A stretch of DNA of 64,000 bases, taken from the NCBI GenBank assembly GCA_001938485.1, contig MQRK01230866.1, forward strand, positions 60,943 to 124,942, given 5' to 3'. The notes under the pieces are model-generated. The model ran no database searches and was not told the DNA's origin. It worked only from the letters and a program-made list of their open reading frames with translations. Shown here one piece after another: positions 49,391-63,635 of the stretch (the stretch's first letter is position 1; each line of letters begins with the position of its first letter). This stretch comes from Girardia tigrina (taxonomy: Eukaryota). Made by a program: the position numbers and the translations under genes.

Positions 49391-49757
49391 ATGAACGTCC
49401 TCGGAATCGATATCTGTACGGAATCCGGAAAAGTTATTTTAAGCAATGCCAAAGATAAAAGAATACTGTACTTTTCGATAATAGATATTATTTCCACGAA
49501 TATTAATCAAAATCAATTTTATTACGAGCAAAATGTTGACAAAATATTCGAAACGATTCGAGAGATATTAAATGAAATGAAGGGTGACGGTTTGAATAAT
49601 GTGAGACATATTGGAATATCTTGGCAAATACACGGTGTTTTGATTTGGAAGGACGAGTCGGACTACAATCGGTACTCGAATTTGATTACCTGGATGGATC
49701 AGAGATGTAATACCCATGGCTTTATTGAGTCTCTACCGAAAATGCCGTCGTATTTGG
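49391..49757 (+). pseudogene. SHPK: Sedoheptulokinase (FGGY family) N-terminal fragment
   Basis: MNVLGIDICTESGK..EQNVDKI..IGISWQIHGVLIW..SNLITWMDQRC..FIESLP..SYL matches SHPK; conserved GIDLGT and SGQMHG are altered; homology stops abruptly. Confidence 0.78.
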
Positions 49758-50420
49758 TTATAGAAATGCTCGTTCACGGACAAAATTTGAGTGAGAGCAC
49801 AGAGATTGGGTCTCGGATCGCCGAAAAACAATGTGATATGATTCTTTATTTGTCCCCCGACCTGACACTTGGTCCCCGCCGCAGCTACAAAACCACTGCA
49901 CCCGCTCTTGCATTACCAAATGTCTTATTCGATATAGAAAAAGTTGCGAAATGAAATTTGTAGAGCTGATTGTGACGATTTTATAATGAAGTTGTGACAG
50001 AATAATGTAAATAATATATTGAAGTTTGTTTAAATATTCAGATATTGTTTGACATCAATTTGAAGAAAATAAAGTGTAAATTATTATCGCCGCCTAGTTT
50101 ATTTTATATATAGAACACTGATTTATATTTATGGTAAAGAATGTCAAACCATGACTGAACAATTTTTGAGATTGTCAAACATTTGTTTTGGCAGAAAAAT
50201 CGGATAACCTTTGTGAAATTGGAAAACAATGTACAGAGGAAATTAAATAAATCGTGATAAGTAAATGATGAATAACCACCAGCGAAATAAGCATGAGCTA
50301 AAGTTTCAGTAAATGTACTCAACTGGAATTATAAAATTGTGTTCCAACTATTTTCCGAGGTTTTTTATAGCATAAATGCAATTTTCGTCGATTGATTTGC
50401 TATAAGGAGGACTATTTTAA

Positions 50421-50765
50421 TGTATTCAGACCGCTTCTTGCAGAATATTATTAGTTAAAAAAATTAGTTACAATTTTAAATTCACCAAATAATTTATAAA
50501 AATTTTTAATTTAAAATTTAATCAAAAATTAAATAAATATGTAAAACGAAAAAGCATATCAAGTTTAAAATCTAAAAAGTAAAAAAATGTTTTTTTAAAC
50601 TAAAGAACTGTTTAAATATACAAGAATCATAAGTTAAAAATTATAATCTGTAGCTTCTAAATAAAAAGTGGATAAAACTATCGCAATAGTTATTTTAAAT
50701 AAAATCTACTTTCCGCGGTTTAATTATTTAAACAAATGGACTTTTTATTTAATTCATTTATTACA
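50421..50765 (-). mobile_element. Probable 3' LTR of the Gypsy element
   Basis: Purine-rich aagggcagcggg directly followed by TGTAAT...; ends ...gaatACA. Confidence 0.5.
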
Positions 50766-50779
50766 CACCCGCTGCCCTT

Positions 50780-52320
50780 AAGGCACACGGACAAACACTG
50801 TCTGAGCAAGGGGGAATTTTCTTGTCATCTTCACTCCGAGATCCGGCGCATACGAAATCTCTTAACCTCTTTGGCAGCCGGACTGTTTGCTGAGGTCGCC
50901 CTCCATCGTTAGACGCTTGCTGATTATCTTCTCTGTGAGGTTCTGTTTCGGTATCTTCTACCCACTTGATTCTCGCCTCTCAGCATATCATCGCCTTGAT
51001 TGTCAATAATTTCTGTTTGAACTTGTTCTGTTGATGGCACCCGACACACGTGACATGGTTTCCCATTGACTTCGACTTGATGTCTTTGAGGCACTCCCGA
51101 TACTGTCGCTCGAGCCCACTTCGTCATGCAATTCACTGGTAGGGTTTGTGTCGGTGGTATTCTCGAGAAATCTTTCGAGAGTAACCGTCTTCTACGCTGT
51201 GTAAATACTGTGGATGCCGGTTTTATTCCTTCAGCATTTTGTGTTGCATTGTACCATGTAACCATCTCGCCAATCTATCATCCACTTCGAGCCACCATTA
51301 TTTTAATTGTACGGTGACCCCTCTCCACAATGCCTTTTCCAATTGGGCAGTTTACGCATCTGAAACAAATGTCCACTCCTGATTGATCCAGTAATCCTTT
51401 GATCCCATTTCCTCTGAAGGTTCTGGAATTATCTAGAAGAACTTCTTCCAGCGGTCCGAACTCGTGGATCAAATGAAGTTAGCCCAACGTAGTTCCGTGC
51501 AAGACTTTCATTCTTTGTTGTCATGCTAATGCTCCACAGATTTCCTCTTCCTTCACCAACTCGATTTGGCGCCAAATCACGAACCGCCCTGGATTACAAT
51601 CCACCAATGTTAGGAACTTTTTTCTTTATACATGTGTTGTCACGTCTACTGCCAGTCTCTTCCATGTTCTTTTGGAACTCAATTCTCCTTTATCCCACTT
51701 GATTGGTGCAGGATCAATTGATGCACACTGGTTGCATCCTTTCACCACCGATTTTACCTGATCGTCCGTGACCCTATTTGCCCCCCCATACACCTTTCTC
51801 GCCATGAACATTGTGCGCTTCGTCTTTAAATGGTTGAATTTGTGTAGTTTTTTTAAACCATCAACTCCTTCGATTTACCACTCAGTTATGGATACTGCAG
51901 CCATCGATGTTTCCTTTGATGTAGTTAACCAATTGCTTGGCACCCGTGTTAGCGCATCTGCTCTGTTTTTCTCTAACCGTACTAATTTGATTGTCACTGA
52001 AATTCCTTCTTCTTCGACCACCTGTTTAACAAGATTAATTAGACGTTTAATTGACAGTTCGCTAAGTTCCTGAAACCGGATTGGTTCTGCTCCGGTTATC
52101 ATTGCAATGATCCATTTACATAGCGTAGTAGAGTCGGTCATTAATTCTAATTCTCGGAGGCCCCATTTTATTGCTTCTTTTAGGGCTCGATTTACCGCCT
52201 CGAGCTCTGATAGATTTATATGACTGCTGTCATGTTTTGATCGCAGCCAGTCTGTGTCTTCCACTATCAGTCCGTCGATTTCGATTGTGACCCCTATTGA
52301 CTTGTACTTATTTGTTGTCA
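50780..52320 (-). mobile_element. Gypsy-type pol remnant (RNase H + integrase)
   Basis: EDTDWLR..HINLSELEAV..TDS..NRADALTR; CNQC zinc finger; LAVDVT, LLDN..F, KGIVERGHRTIK, WYNAT. Confidence 0.85.
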
Positions 52321-53699
52321 TTTTTTGTTATTCGGAGATTTCAAATTCAAAACTTGAAAATGATTTATTGAAACAGAGAATAAATTAAACAGAATAAAAT
52401 TTTCCTTTTTCAACATGCAATCCTTTAATATACACAATCAAATGTTTTTTTACAATAAAATAATTAATTTTTTTCAAATAAATGTTTTTTTTAATAATTC
52501 CTTTTTCCAGTCAATTCGAATCATTGATTTGACTCGAACATATTCTGTCCACATGAACCGAAGTGATTTTCCAGTGTATTTCGGTTTCGTAGTTTCATTA
52601 TGCTCGCCATCTCCTCGCTCGTTCCGACAGTGTTCTCCTCGCTGCATCCGCCCATACCATCCTCGAGACAACCACTCGCACTCAACTCGCCATGACCACT
52701 TGCACTCGACTCGCCAGGACTGTTTGCATTCTCCTCGCAAAAAAAATCAGTCTAAAACGAACTAACATTCTAAGTGATTGCTTTGGACGACCGTATTGAT
52801 TTTTATGAGCATCATGCTAATCAGTTTATTCTTTAGTAGATCTTTCTTTTCTGTATTCCTCTGTTCCCCTGAAAACATCTTGACCATCATTATCTTTACG
52901 AATTTCTTTACTTTTCTGATTCATTAACCGATCTTTTCCATGGCGAGCCTTCCACTCTCCCAGGACTTTAATCCCAGTAATTTTATTTCCACAGTACCTT
53001 CTTCAATTTCTCCCCAATTCGATTTTGTCATATCAATATTTTCCTTTTCCACAACATTTGGTTCATGATTTGCTTCATTGTTGACTGATGCTCTGTCATA
53101 ATCTTTGTATGAATCTGGCTCTTTTTCAGTAATAGGCATTTCATGGTTGTTTATTGGCCAATTGTTAAAAAATCCTTCATTAGTGTTAAGAGAACTCACA
53201 CATTTGACAGAACATTTATTACATTCACAATTTTTATCATCTTTATGATGATCAACAGTAAGGCTTTCACTAGATTCCATCAATCAATTTTTCAATANNN
53301 NNNNNNNNNNNNNNNNNNNNNNNNNNNNNNNNNNNNNNNNNNNNNNNNNNNNNNNNNNNNNNNNNNNNNNNNNNNNNNNNNNNNNNNNNNNNNNNNNNNN
53401 NNNNNNNNNNNNNNNNNNNNNNNNNNNNNNNNNNNNNNNNNNNNNNNNNNNNNNNNNNNNNNNNNNNNNNNNNNNNNNNNNNNNNNNNNNNNNNNNNNNN
53501 NNNNNNNNNNNNNNNNNNNNNNNNNNNNNNNNNNNNNNNNNNNNNNNNNNNNNNNNNNNNNNNNNNNNNNNNNNNNNNTTAAATATTGACAATCCATCTG
53601 GTTAGGAGAGGCACAATCCCAAATCAACATACAACATTTAAACATACAAAAACTACACAAAAACATCCACACACCAAATATTCCTCACAATTAGCATTT

Positions 53700-55650
53700 T
53701 TGTGTAGATCATTGTCCCTTGGTCGTCGGTAATCACCTCGACCTCTACGCAATCCTCTTTCTTCCTTAAAACAATCTCGTCCTCTGTATTCTCGATTTTT
53801 ACAATTTTCATCAAAGTAACGCAATTTTTTGTTTTCAAAATCGTTTTTATTACTGTACGGAGGAGCATTTGAAATTTGATTAAAGCCAACATCTGATTGA
53901 CCCTTGAAATATTTGACTCGATTATAGTCTTCTCCTTTGACTCTGTCTTTTCTGAACGGTCGTTCACGATTATGTGCCCTGAACCGACTTGCCTCGCTTG
54001 ATTCATGTGACTTATGTTGTCTCTCTCCAGTAAAGAAGCACATCATAAAGTTGCTCCTTTTATGATTTCTCTCTATTGAAACTTTACCAACGCAAATCCA
54101 ACCGAGAGGTGTCAATCGAGCTATTGGTTCATTTAATCGTCCTTTAACTTCTTTCACAGAATATTGCAGATTTAAATAATCTGCTCCTAAAAGCCCGTCA
54201 ACCTGATTCTATTTACCGAAATTTACAAACGGAATGTCCTTCAGGTGTGGCCATTTGCATTTTATGTTTTCCCAAGCACACACTTTTAAGTCTCCCATTA
54301 CGTTATCAACGACAAAGAGACTCAGTCTTTGTCTTAACGATACATTTGTGAAATTCAGATCAACATTTACTCTATCAGCTTTTACTGATTTGGTACCATT
54401 CAAAACTTGAATTTTCATTTCTTGGGCTTCTCCGACTAAACCCAACTTGTAAGCCACATTTTTATTAATAAATGAATTTGTGCTAGCGTCATAAAGTAAC
54501 AGGTTCACTTTGAGTCGATGTCCTTTATTCATTAGATAAACGGGAATGGTTCTCAAGGACACATATAATTCATTTTCCTCAATGAGATCATTGACAAACA
54601 TCCAACCACTCGGAGTCTGATTAAACTGTCCTTCAGGTGATTTACCTCTTTGCTCTTCTTTATCTTCCGTGTATCTATTTTGATCCAAGCCTAAAAAATC
54701 CTTTCTCGAGTGTAGGTTTCTACAGTTGCTCCCAAATCTACAATTGCCGGATTAGAAATATTTGCGTTAGATTAGACTTTCTTCCTTTGTTAAATCGTGT
54801 ATGTATTTGCACGCATTTCCTCTTTTACAAATTCCTTTTGAAAATCCCAACATAATGTCCATTCAAATTATCTTTCTAATTGATCTGCCTTTTTTTCTTT
54901 CTTTTGAAAAAAAGCTTTTCCACTAAATATTTCTCGAATATCTTTCTTTCGCCCTTTGGGATTAAATATGCCGATACCATGAACGGCTTCCGCAGGGGTC
55001 CGCTTTATTTCTAACTCCTTTATCAGCCAATCCTTTAAAACTGATAAATTCTGAGGTTTTCTTTCTGAAAAGCGAGTTCTCTCCCAACGCTCGACTAAAA
55101 CTTCAGGTAATTTTGCCACCAAAGTAATGTATAGTAATCCTCTTTCAATCTCCACTTCCTTGTTATTGTTCTCTGATCTAGAAATGATAGCTTTCAGCGA
55201 TCCTACGAAACATTCTAGATCCTTTAAATTGTTTGCCCTCACTGGAAAGAACTCATTTATTTCTCTCATTAAATTGGCGTATTGCCTCTGAGCACCTCCA
55301 TATCGTTTGTCCAATTTGACCAATATCGTTTCGTAGGATTCTTGAGTTATGTCGATATTTTTGATCAATGTCTTTGGTTCGCCAATAAGGCATTGATCCA
55401 ACATTATTTGCTTCGCAATATCTGACATCTTTGAGGAATCGGATACATGCCTCGAAAGTTTGCTTCCATTTTTCATACTCACCCACATTTCCAGAAAATT
55501 TGGGTAAGGTTACCGGTTGGAATTTTATGGGAATTCTATCTTCCATCACATGCACTCGTTCCTCCTCTTTGATCTGCTTAAGATTGATGTTGAATCTCTG
55601 CTTTGCAGCTGCCAGCACCTCTTCGTTTTGATCTTCTAATTTTGTCAACT
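53700..55650 (-). mobile_element. BEL/Pao gag-protease remnant
   Basis: LPKFSGNVGEYEKWKQTF, L.GEP...LDKRYG (DUF1759-like), LVAKLP, LRTIPVYL..LLYDASTNSFI, DGLLGADY, IARLTPLGW. Confidence 0.85.
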
Positions 55651-55957
55651 CCTTGTGTGTATAAGCCTAGAGTGTATAAGCCCATGTACTTTATTAGATT
55701 ATATAGATGTTTTGTATAGTGTTGATGTATGTTTTAAGTACTATAGGAGTTTGATACATGTAAAATGTTAAATTTGTGAAAGAAATACTTTTAAACAAAA
55801 ATAATTAAAATGAATCTTAGATTTATATTCACTTAAAATGCTTAAAAATAATTGTTAATATGAAAAAAAGTCAACTAAAATTATAAAATCCGGTAGAAAT
55901 CAAGGATAGTTTTTGTGAGAAAGTATTTGTAACGTAAACATCAGAAGTCATTTTAAC

Positions 55958-56357
55958 TAACGGATAACATCAAATAGTAGGTGGACATGAAATAGTAGGT
56001 GTAATGAAGTTTTCAAAAAATTTTCCACCTACTATTAAAATAGTAGGTGGAATCAAATAGTAGGTGTNNNNNNNNNNNNNNNNNNNNNNNNNNNNNNNNN
56101 NNNNNNNNNNNNNNNNNNNNNNNNNNNNNNNNNNNNNNNNNNNNNNNNNNNNNNNNNNNNNNNNNNNNNNNNNNNNNNNNNNNNNNNNNNNNNNNNNNNN
56201 NNNNNNNNNNNNNNNNNNNNNNNNNNNNNNNNNNNNNNNNNNNNNTCAAAACAAAAGCACCAAATAGTAGGTGTAAACCAATATTGGGCGGCTTTTCAAT
56301 TTTTTTTCCACCTACTATTAAAATAGTAGGTGTCCTACTATTTCATGTTATCCGTTA
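55958..56357. mobile_element. MITE with internal aaatagtaggtg repeats (spans a gap)
   Basis: TIRs taacggataacat.aaatagtagg / cctactatttcatgttatccgtta; internal hairpins ccacctactatt-aa-aatagtaggtgg. Confidence 0.75.
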
Positions 56358-56489
56358 TATTTATATATTTATTAATAACAATTATTCAAACACAATTTTC
56401 AACCATTTCCTAAATTTGTAATCAATCGGCCGATCTCTATTTGCCAATAATTTTAAATTTATTTTAATGTAATAGTGTTGAGCATGATA

Positions 56490-57626
56490 GTCTCGATGAG
56501 TTTGCTTTTCGTGAATTGCTTACTTATGCAACATCAAATGTTCATTTGTTGTTTGATGATAATTGGTATAAACAGGTAGATGGTGTTGCCATGGGTTCCC
56601 CTTTGGCACCAACACTTGCATCCATTTTTCTATCTAATATTGAAAATAATATTCATTTGTATACGGGTGTTAGACCTTTAGCTTATAAACGATATTTTGA
56701 AGATATTTTACTTGTTTTCAAAGAGCGTGAAAATATGTTGCCGTTTTTATCTTATATGAATTCCCTTCATTCTAATATTGTTTTCACGGTTGAGCTTGAG
56801 AAGAATGGTGTTTTACCATTTTTAGATTTTTTTAATTGAGAGAAAATGAAGTCGTTACGAGACAGAGATTTATAGAAAGAAAACAGATACAGGGTTATAT
56901 ACTACTACTAAAAGCTTCTGTGAACCTAAGTATAATAGAAGTATGATAAAAGGTTTGTTATTTAGGTGTTGGTCTCTATCATCAACATATGAAAAAGCAG
57001 ATGCAAGCATAGATAAACTAACAGAACTATTGCAGAAAAATGGCTATTCGAAATCTTTTTTAGGGAAACTAACTAATGAGACGATAGACAAATTAATGAA
57101 TAAAGAACATGAGGTTAAAGACGAATTACAACCCGATAAATTATCTAATGAAAATTCCAATGCTGGATATACGCTAATCGTTCCTTATTCAGAAGGTTAC
57201 AAAAAATTTAAATCGTCTATTTTAAAATCAATTGATAGTACAAATTTGAATTTAAAAATCATTTCTAAATCTTACAAAATTCAAAGTATGTTTAGCAGTA
57301 AATCTCGTACTCCTTTGAGTTTATGTTTCAATCTGATTTATCAATTTTCGTGTAATGGGTGCAACGCTAAATACATTGGAGAGACGTCTCGTCATCTCTG
57401 TAAACGGATTCAGGAGCATGGACGATTGGGTAATGGAAGTAATATTGCTGGACATATGAAGGGTAGTAAATCGGAGGTGAAAACAACTAATTTTAAAATA
57501 TTGTGCAATAATTTTAAAAATTATTGGGAAAGAGTTACTTGTAAAGCATTATTGATTAAATCACTTAATCCGTCCATTAATGTCCAAACAAGTCTCTCTT
57601 CTAATTTGTTGAAAATATTTAATTAG
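56490..57626 (+). mobile_element. Penelope-like retroelement, 5'-truncated RT + GIY-YIG endonuclease
   Basis: YKQVDGVAMGSPLAPTLA, YKRYFEDI, LPFLD, YRKKTDTG, LIYQFSCNGCNAKYIGETSRHLCKRIQEH; frameshift near 56830. Confidence 0.92.
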
Positions 57627-60189
57627 TTATTACGCAAGATGTCTGCATAATCATCAATTTGCCATATATTTTTCGTTGTTTTATTTCGCTGTTTTGTTTA
57701 AAATTTATTCCTTTTGCTTATTTTATTCTAAGTTTTGTGATTGAATTCAAAATAATTTCCTTTAATTTAAGTTGATTTATTTGATGTAAATCAACACATT
57801 CACTTACATCAAAGTTACTTTGTCTAAAGTTAGCTAAATTTTTAATTTAGTAGATTAAAGAAATTTATTTAAGCAAATATAGTAGAGAGAATTCGATTTT
57901 TGAAGACAATCTATTTTTTAAGTTTTACTAACTTATTTATTGCCCCTAAGGTAAGAGATTTATATTCAGCCTTATGAACTTCAAAAACAGAATCTACGGA
58001 AAATTTTAAATAGATAATGCATTTAAAATCAATGGAAACCAGACTGTATACAATACAGAAAGAAAGATGCTATGATAAATGTACCAGTTCACTGAATTCA
58101 GATATTTTCCTCTGATTAAATTTTGTGATGGTCGTGGTATTCTCCTAAAATGATTCAACAATATTCACACTAATAGAAAAATATAGGCCATTATTAAAGT
58201 AATGCTGGGTAAAATCTACACTCAAAGAAGGAGAATAAAAAAATATTGGCAATCTTAAGATAATGCCAGTAACATCTAAAGTGGGAGACTCCATATAAGG
58301 AAATCGAGAACTGGAATTATAACTTGTACAATGTGGAGAAAATTTACCATATTAAAGCACTTATAAGTGAACCTTAGAGAACGCAGCTGAGTCGATCAAA
58401 TATGGTTTTGACCATTCAGTTTTTGTAAGAATATGAATAAGTTTTCTATTCTTCATACTTACTTTGATTCAAATTAGGAGAGGTTTTAGTGTGAATCATC
58501 ACTAATAAGACACTATCATCCACTGATTAACATTCAAAATTGTAAGAGTAGTGCAGCAACCATATAAAACATTTTAAATTATTGTTGTCCAAAAAAATCA
58601 AACTGAATTTTTTTCATAATATTTACCATTAAAATACTTTTTGTTATTAGCTAATGATTATAGAAGAAAATTGAAAAATGTTCTATAATATTATTTTTAA
58701 TTTTTAAATAAGAAATATTTTTTCTAAAAAAATATAAAAATTAACTTACAGTATAAATTAATTTAAAAGGTTAATTATTTAATTTTAAATTAGAAAAAAA
58801 ATTAATCAAAATTAAGAAAATGTTTAAACCTAATCGTATTTATTGTCAAAACTCATGTAAAAAATATATTAAATAATTAAAAATATTGTTGTATAAATAT
58901 TATTTAATATAAAAGTATTACCATTTTTCATATTTTGATGAATTTTCATTTTGATCCAGATTTTGCATTAAAGCAATATTAAGTACAATATGAGATTTAT
59001 TTTTATATTCGAATCGTGTTGAAGCTAAAATTTTTAATTCATTATTATAGATATCATCGTTCTTATTTAGTATTTCAGGATTAGATAAAAAATCCGGAAT
59101 ATCTAAAATATATAATGTGCAATTTCAATAATTAAATAAAATACTTTCTGAGACATCCAAAGTGTTTTCTTTTTCATATTCACATTCATCGTGAAATAAT
59201 GATTCAGGTAACGATTTTTTGTCGTCCGAATATGACATAAAACTTGTTATATTATAATGCCTAAATTTGATATTTTGAATGAAAATTTAACCTAAATAAT
59301 TAATTTCTCGTGTTATCAATCAGTTTTAATATGTACTTCCTGCATTTAAGTGTGATTAACTAAGAAATTAAAATTTTGAACTATATATCATTTAAATTTA
59401 TCAATTCTATTAAAAATTCTTATTACATTAAATCAAACACTGTCATGTGTCAGCAAAGTATTTTCTTGGTAAAAACGCTAAATTTTAACAAGCTCGAATT
59501 TCTAATTTTTTTATATTTTTGTAAAATAAATTTTTTTTCATTTGAAATAATGGACTTCAAATAATCTTAAAAGTTCACTCACATTAAAAACTAAATTTTA
59601 ATTTTTTTACGTATAAAATATATTTAATATTATAAAAATGAAATAAAAACTTAATGATGATAATTAAAAATTTCATTTCAATAAATTTTAAGTTTCCTCA
59701 AAAATAATATATCAGTAATTTTTTTCTTTATTTTTTTTCGTAAAATAATCACTTTGTTTTAAAATGTCATTGCATAATTAATATCCGTTCGCAAATTTAA
59801 ATTCATAATGAATTCGAAAGAAATTCGTCTTCTTGTTAATATCATAGTTTTGGGCATTTCTTTCTTATTTCTATTTAGTGCTTTTCAAACATCCTCAATG
59901 TTTCAAGTGGGTTTTATTTCAATTTATACTTTTTTTCTTTAATTTCGATAATATTTGTTTTTTATACTCAAGACGATTGTATTAACAGCCGCCAGAAATG
60001 CGCCAAACAGTACGTTTACTGGAGATGGATATATTAGGTTTTTATTGACAAAAAATCACAGTCGGAGTTTACTTTTCCCTCTAAATTGTTTGATCTAAAT
60101 CGTAAACTATAATTTAAGTTAAAATAAAATAACCAATGACAAATTCGTATTATAAAATTTCAACTTTGTTAGCCAAAAAAATCTTTGAC

Positions 60190-62150
60190 TTTAATATTTG
60201 GGCCTCCAATCTCTCTTCAAGAATGGTATTGAGACTATATGATCTTTAAATGTTCCATCCAAACCAAATAAGTCGATAAGCCCCGCTAGGCCTCCTACGG
60301 GGACGTCAGCCTTTCTCGTCCGCGCACGCTTTACCAATCCAGAGAGAAACGACCAGTCATGGGTAGTACTCACAGCATTCGGATCGACGATTGGTACTTG
60401 AGTTGCGTTGTCTTCTGGTATCACGTTCAGTGGTTGATCCTTTATTCTGTTTGCCTGGACTGATTGGTGCTGCTCGGTAATATTTTGGCTCATTGTTCTT
60501 CAATTTTGTGCACTGATTTGGCATGTCTGATGAGCCATCCTTTGGTCTTGTAGTTCTTTCGGCATACATATCAATTGAATCCATCTTCTTGAAGGACTCT
60601 TGGTCTGTGATATTGTTTCTCGTGTCGATTCAATTCTTTCTACTCAGCAAGTTCCCTGAAATAAGATTCGTATGAACGCAGAAACAGTTTCATCCGCGGT
60701 CTGATCAGTTTCAACATGTCTTTTGATCTCCGCCCAATTATGCCCCTTTCGCATAGTTTTGAATCTATCATATCTTTCATCTGGAGTTGAGTGCTGTCCT
60801 GCTGAATTATTTCTAAAAATCATCAAAGGAGGTTGTTTTTCCGAACAACCATTCCGTATATACTCTCAGGCATTCTTTGATCTGTTGCTTCTTTCTTTCT
60901 GAGAATTTTTTTTACCATTTGTCATTAAGGATTCAATGAATCTTTTCAGGACCATCGGTCCATTGCTAGTAGCTAAGAGAGCGTGAAACGGTAGTGTCTC
61001 TTTACTAGAATGTGCATTGCGTGAGGTAACCCAATTGTAATTGTATCCATTCTGATCTTTTGATCCTTCCTTATCCCCAACACAAGAGGAGTATCATGTT
61101 TATATAGGTACTCCAGTTTCTTTACAAGTGTGTCCTCCAATTTTCACACCCATAGTATACAACAGGTAGTATAAAGCTCTCAATCAATTTTCGCTTTCTG
61201 AAGCAAAATTTCGTCTGAAGATCGTCATGACATTTCATAGTTCGTAGTTTGCCGTAACATTTCCTTATCCTATATCTGATATCTGCCTCATAAGCCTGAT
61301 AAGAAGATATTATTGATTCAGGGTAACTGTACTCAGTCACCCACTCGATTCCAGACATCATCTCAGAACCTTACGTTTTTATTTTCGCATCAACATTTAG
61401 ATTCATAATCTTGGTCTTTTTTTATGTTGATATTTACACCCAGTTTCTGGAAAACCCTATTTAGAATACGCAGATTTCTTTATAACTCATTGTAGTTTTT
61501 GACAGTAAGACGAAGGTTATCTGTATACACTAACTGATTGCTCATCAGTTCGTTTCCATCCCCATTTTGTAGTTGTACCCCTCCTGTCATCCCATTTGTT
61601 TCTGCTAATCTGAGTGCTCAATCGAACACAATGTTGAACAATATCGGTCCCAGGACACACCCCTGTCTTACGCCTTTGAACATTGTGAACTCATGTTCAC
61701 CAATTGAACCCTTGAATCCCTTGTGAAATTCGGTAATCATGTTGAGTATTCTACCATTTATTCCAAATTTTTTTAAGTAAGTCCAAAGAACCTTTCTTGG
61801 TACACTATCGAAAGCTTTCTCCAAGTCTAAGAAAATTAGATATAAATCTTGATTTCTGTACCTTGCTTCTTACAGAATCTTCCGAATGATACATATTACG
61901 TGTTGCATTCCCATATCGCTCCTCCAACTTCTAGCAAGAATATTCCTCGGTAATTGTTGAGGTCATTTCTTGAGCCTTTTTCTTTGTATATTATGACCAC
62001 TTTCTCTTTCCAACCTTACGGGAAGCCTACTCTTTCCTCCAAAATGTGTTCAAACATTCTGTCACAAGATTATGACCTCCCCTTTTCAATAATTCGGGAA
62101 TTATTCTAATCGTTCTTTAGCTGTGCGATTCCGCTTCCAACTTTCTCTAC
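60190..62150 (-). mobile_element. RTE-like non-LTR retrotransposon RT, degraded
   Basis: FLDLEKAFDSVPR, GVRQGCVLGPILFNI, YTDNL (YADD), ILPVVYYGCENW; the 3' part (60190-60830) is less certain. Confidence 0.8.
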
Positions 62151-62639
62151 TTGCGTCACTACATTTAACCTTAATATATTGTCTATGTCACTTCTTTTGA
62201 TTGATTTTTTTCAATTTTTAAAATCCATCAAAAATGAATAGTTTGAATAAATTTAATTTCCTTTTCATTAAAATATAATTCAAATGCTTACATATTTAAG
62301 TATCAAAATCATTTTCCTAAGATGTTAAAAATTAAACAGAAAAGTCGAAAAAAAATAACTAACTTTAAATTTCAATTGTTTATTTGATTAATTCCTTTAA
62401 GATATTTCATTTATGAAGTCAGTGATCAATCTAGTAAGTTATCAAAATTTAAAGTTACATTTTTGATTACTGTTTACTTAATTAATTATCTGATTATGAT
62501 TTGGACGCAGAAATTATGAAAATATCAAAGTATATTAATTATAGTTTATGATTTATACCTTTTCCAATTTAATTTCACAAAAGTTAAAATCAATTTCTTA
62601 GTTTGATACAGTAACTTGAGAAATAACATTAAAATGTGT

Positions 62640-62930
62640 CTCGATCGTCTGGCAGAAGAAGTAGGTATGAGAGTGTGTATTAACAATGTCAAAAGTGGTT
62701 AGACTGTGAGTTGATTTACATTGTGTTCGATCTGTAAAGATCTAATAATTAAAAGGGGGAAGTAAAGTCCAGTCTAAATTGTTTTTAGATATTAATAAAA
62801 TCCTTAGTTTGGCAATTATATATATCGCATTTGCGTTTGCCAATTGGTTCTCTCCGGTGGTAGTAGTGTGGCTCACACCGAAATATTCTATGTTCAGTTC
62901 AGCAATTTTCTATGTGTAAGTAATGGAATT
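62640..62930 (-). pseudogene. Possible APE endonuclease remnant of the RTE element
   Basis: KIAELNIEYFGVSHTTTTG resembles E..RLNIDILG.SE..W.G; lies upstream of and on the same strand as the RT. Confidence 0.35.
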
Positions 62931-63635
62931 AGATGGTGAGTTATTCATTTTCTATTTAAAGACTTTTTATTGCCTCCTTCTTACACCCGATGGATTGGTC
63001 TCTTTATCTCGGATCATTTCTAGTGGGAGTTGCTGCAGCAGGTGCTCTTTGTTTATTATATTATCCTAAGTTAGAAATCCGTATTCTAATTATTTATTTG
63101 CGTTTCCTTTCAATAAATGTATATATTGACTAGAATGTATCATATCGACAATTATTTTCAATATTTGTCAGAAATCATTTGTCCTCTAGTTAAATTTTTC
63201 AACATGTCATGCAAAATATTTGGGCGAATTTTAAAGTTACTTGAAAGATATTTATGTGATCAACCTCCTGCTTGAAAGATGTATAGTTTATTAATAAATG
63301 ACAACTTGTGATTTGTCGATGTTTTAACATTTATTGGATGTATTTATTGATTTCAATGAGAACTGAGTTTAGTAATGCAACATAAGTTTAATAACAAAAG
63401 AAATAAAAGTTCAAAATATTTTTACTAATGTTAATGTAAAATAATCTAAAAAAATATTTCTTTAGGCTACTTAAATAAATTATTTGATTACTGTTAGGAA
63501 CATCTTGGAACATTCTCCGGATTTATTATTACAAGTTATTTCCGACATTCAAATTTTATTATCAATCCAAAACTAATGCTTAAAACTAATATTAGGTCGA
63601 TGCATAAGTTTCCGAACTTTGATAAAAAAGGGATA

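Noticed and set aside
49250-49954. 234-aa ORF as an intact gene
   Set aside because: Only 49391-49757 is SHPK-like, catalytic motifs are altered, and the flanks are unrelated
55975-56345. CRISPR-like array from the recurring aaatagtaggtg
   Set aside because: Repeats are short, in both orientations and inside TIRs; eukaryotic context and no cas genes
57950-58560. Coding-like stretch or missing SYTL exon (GTAAGT near 58460)
   Set aside because: Wrong phase, stops in the frames examined, no recognisable motif
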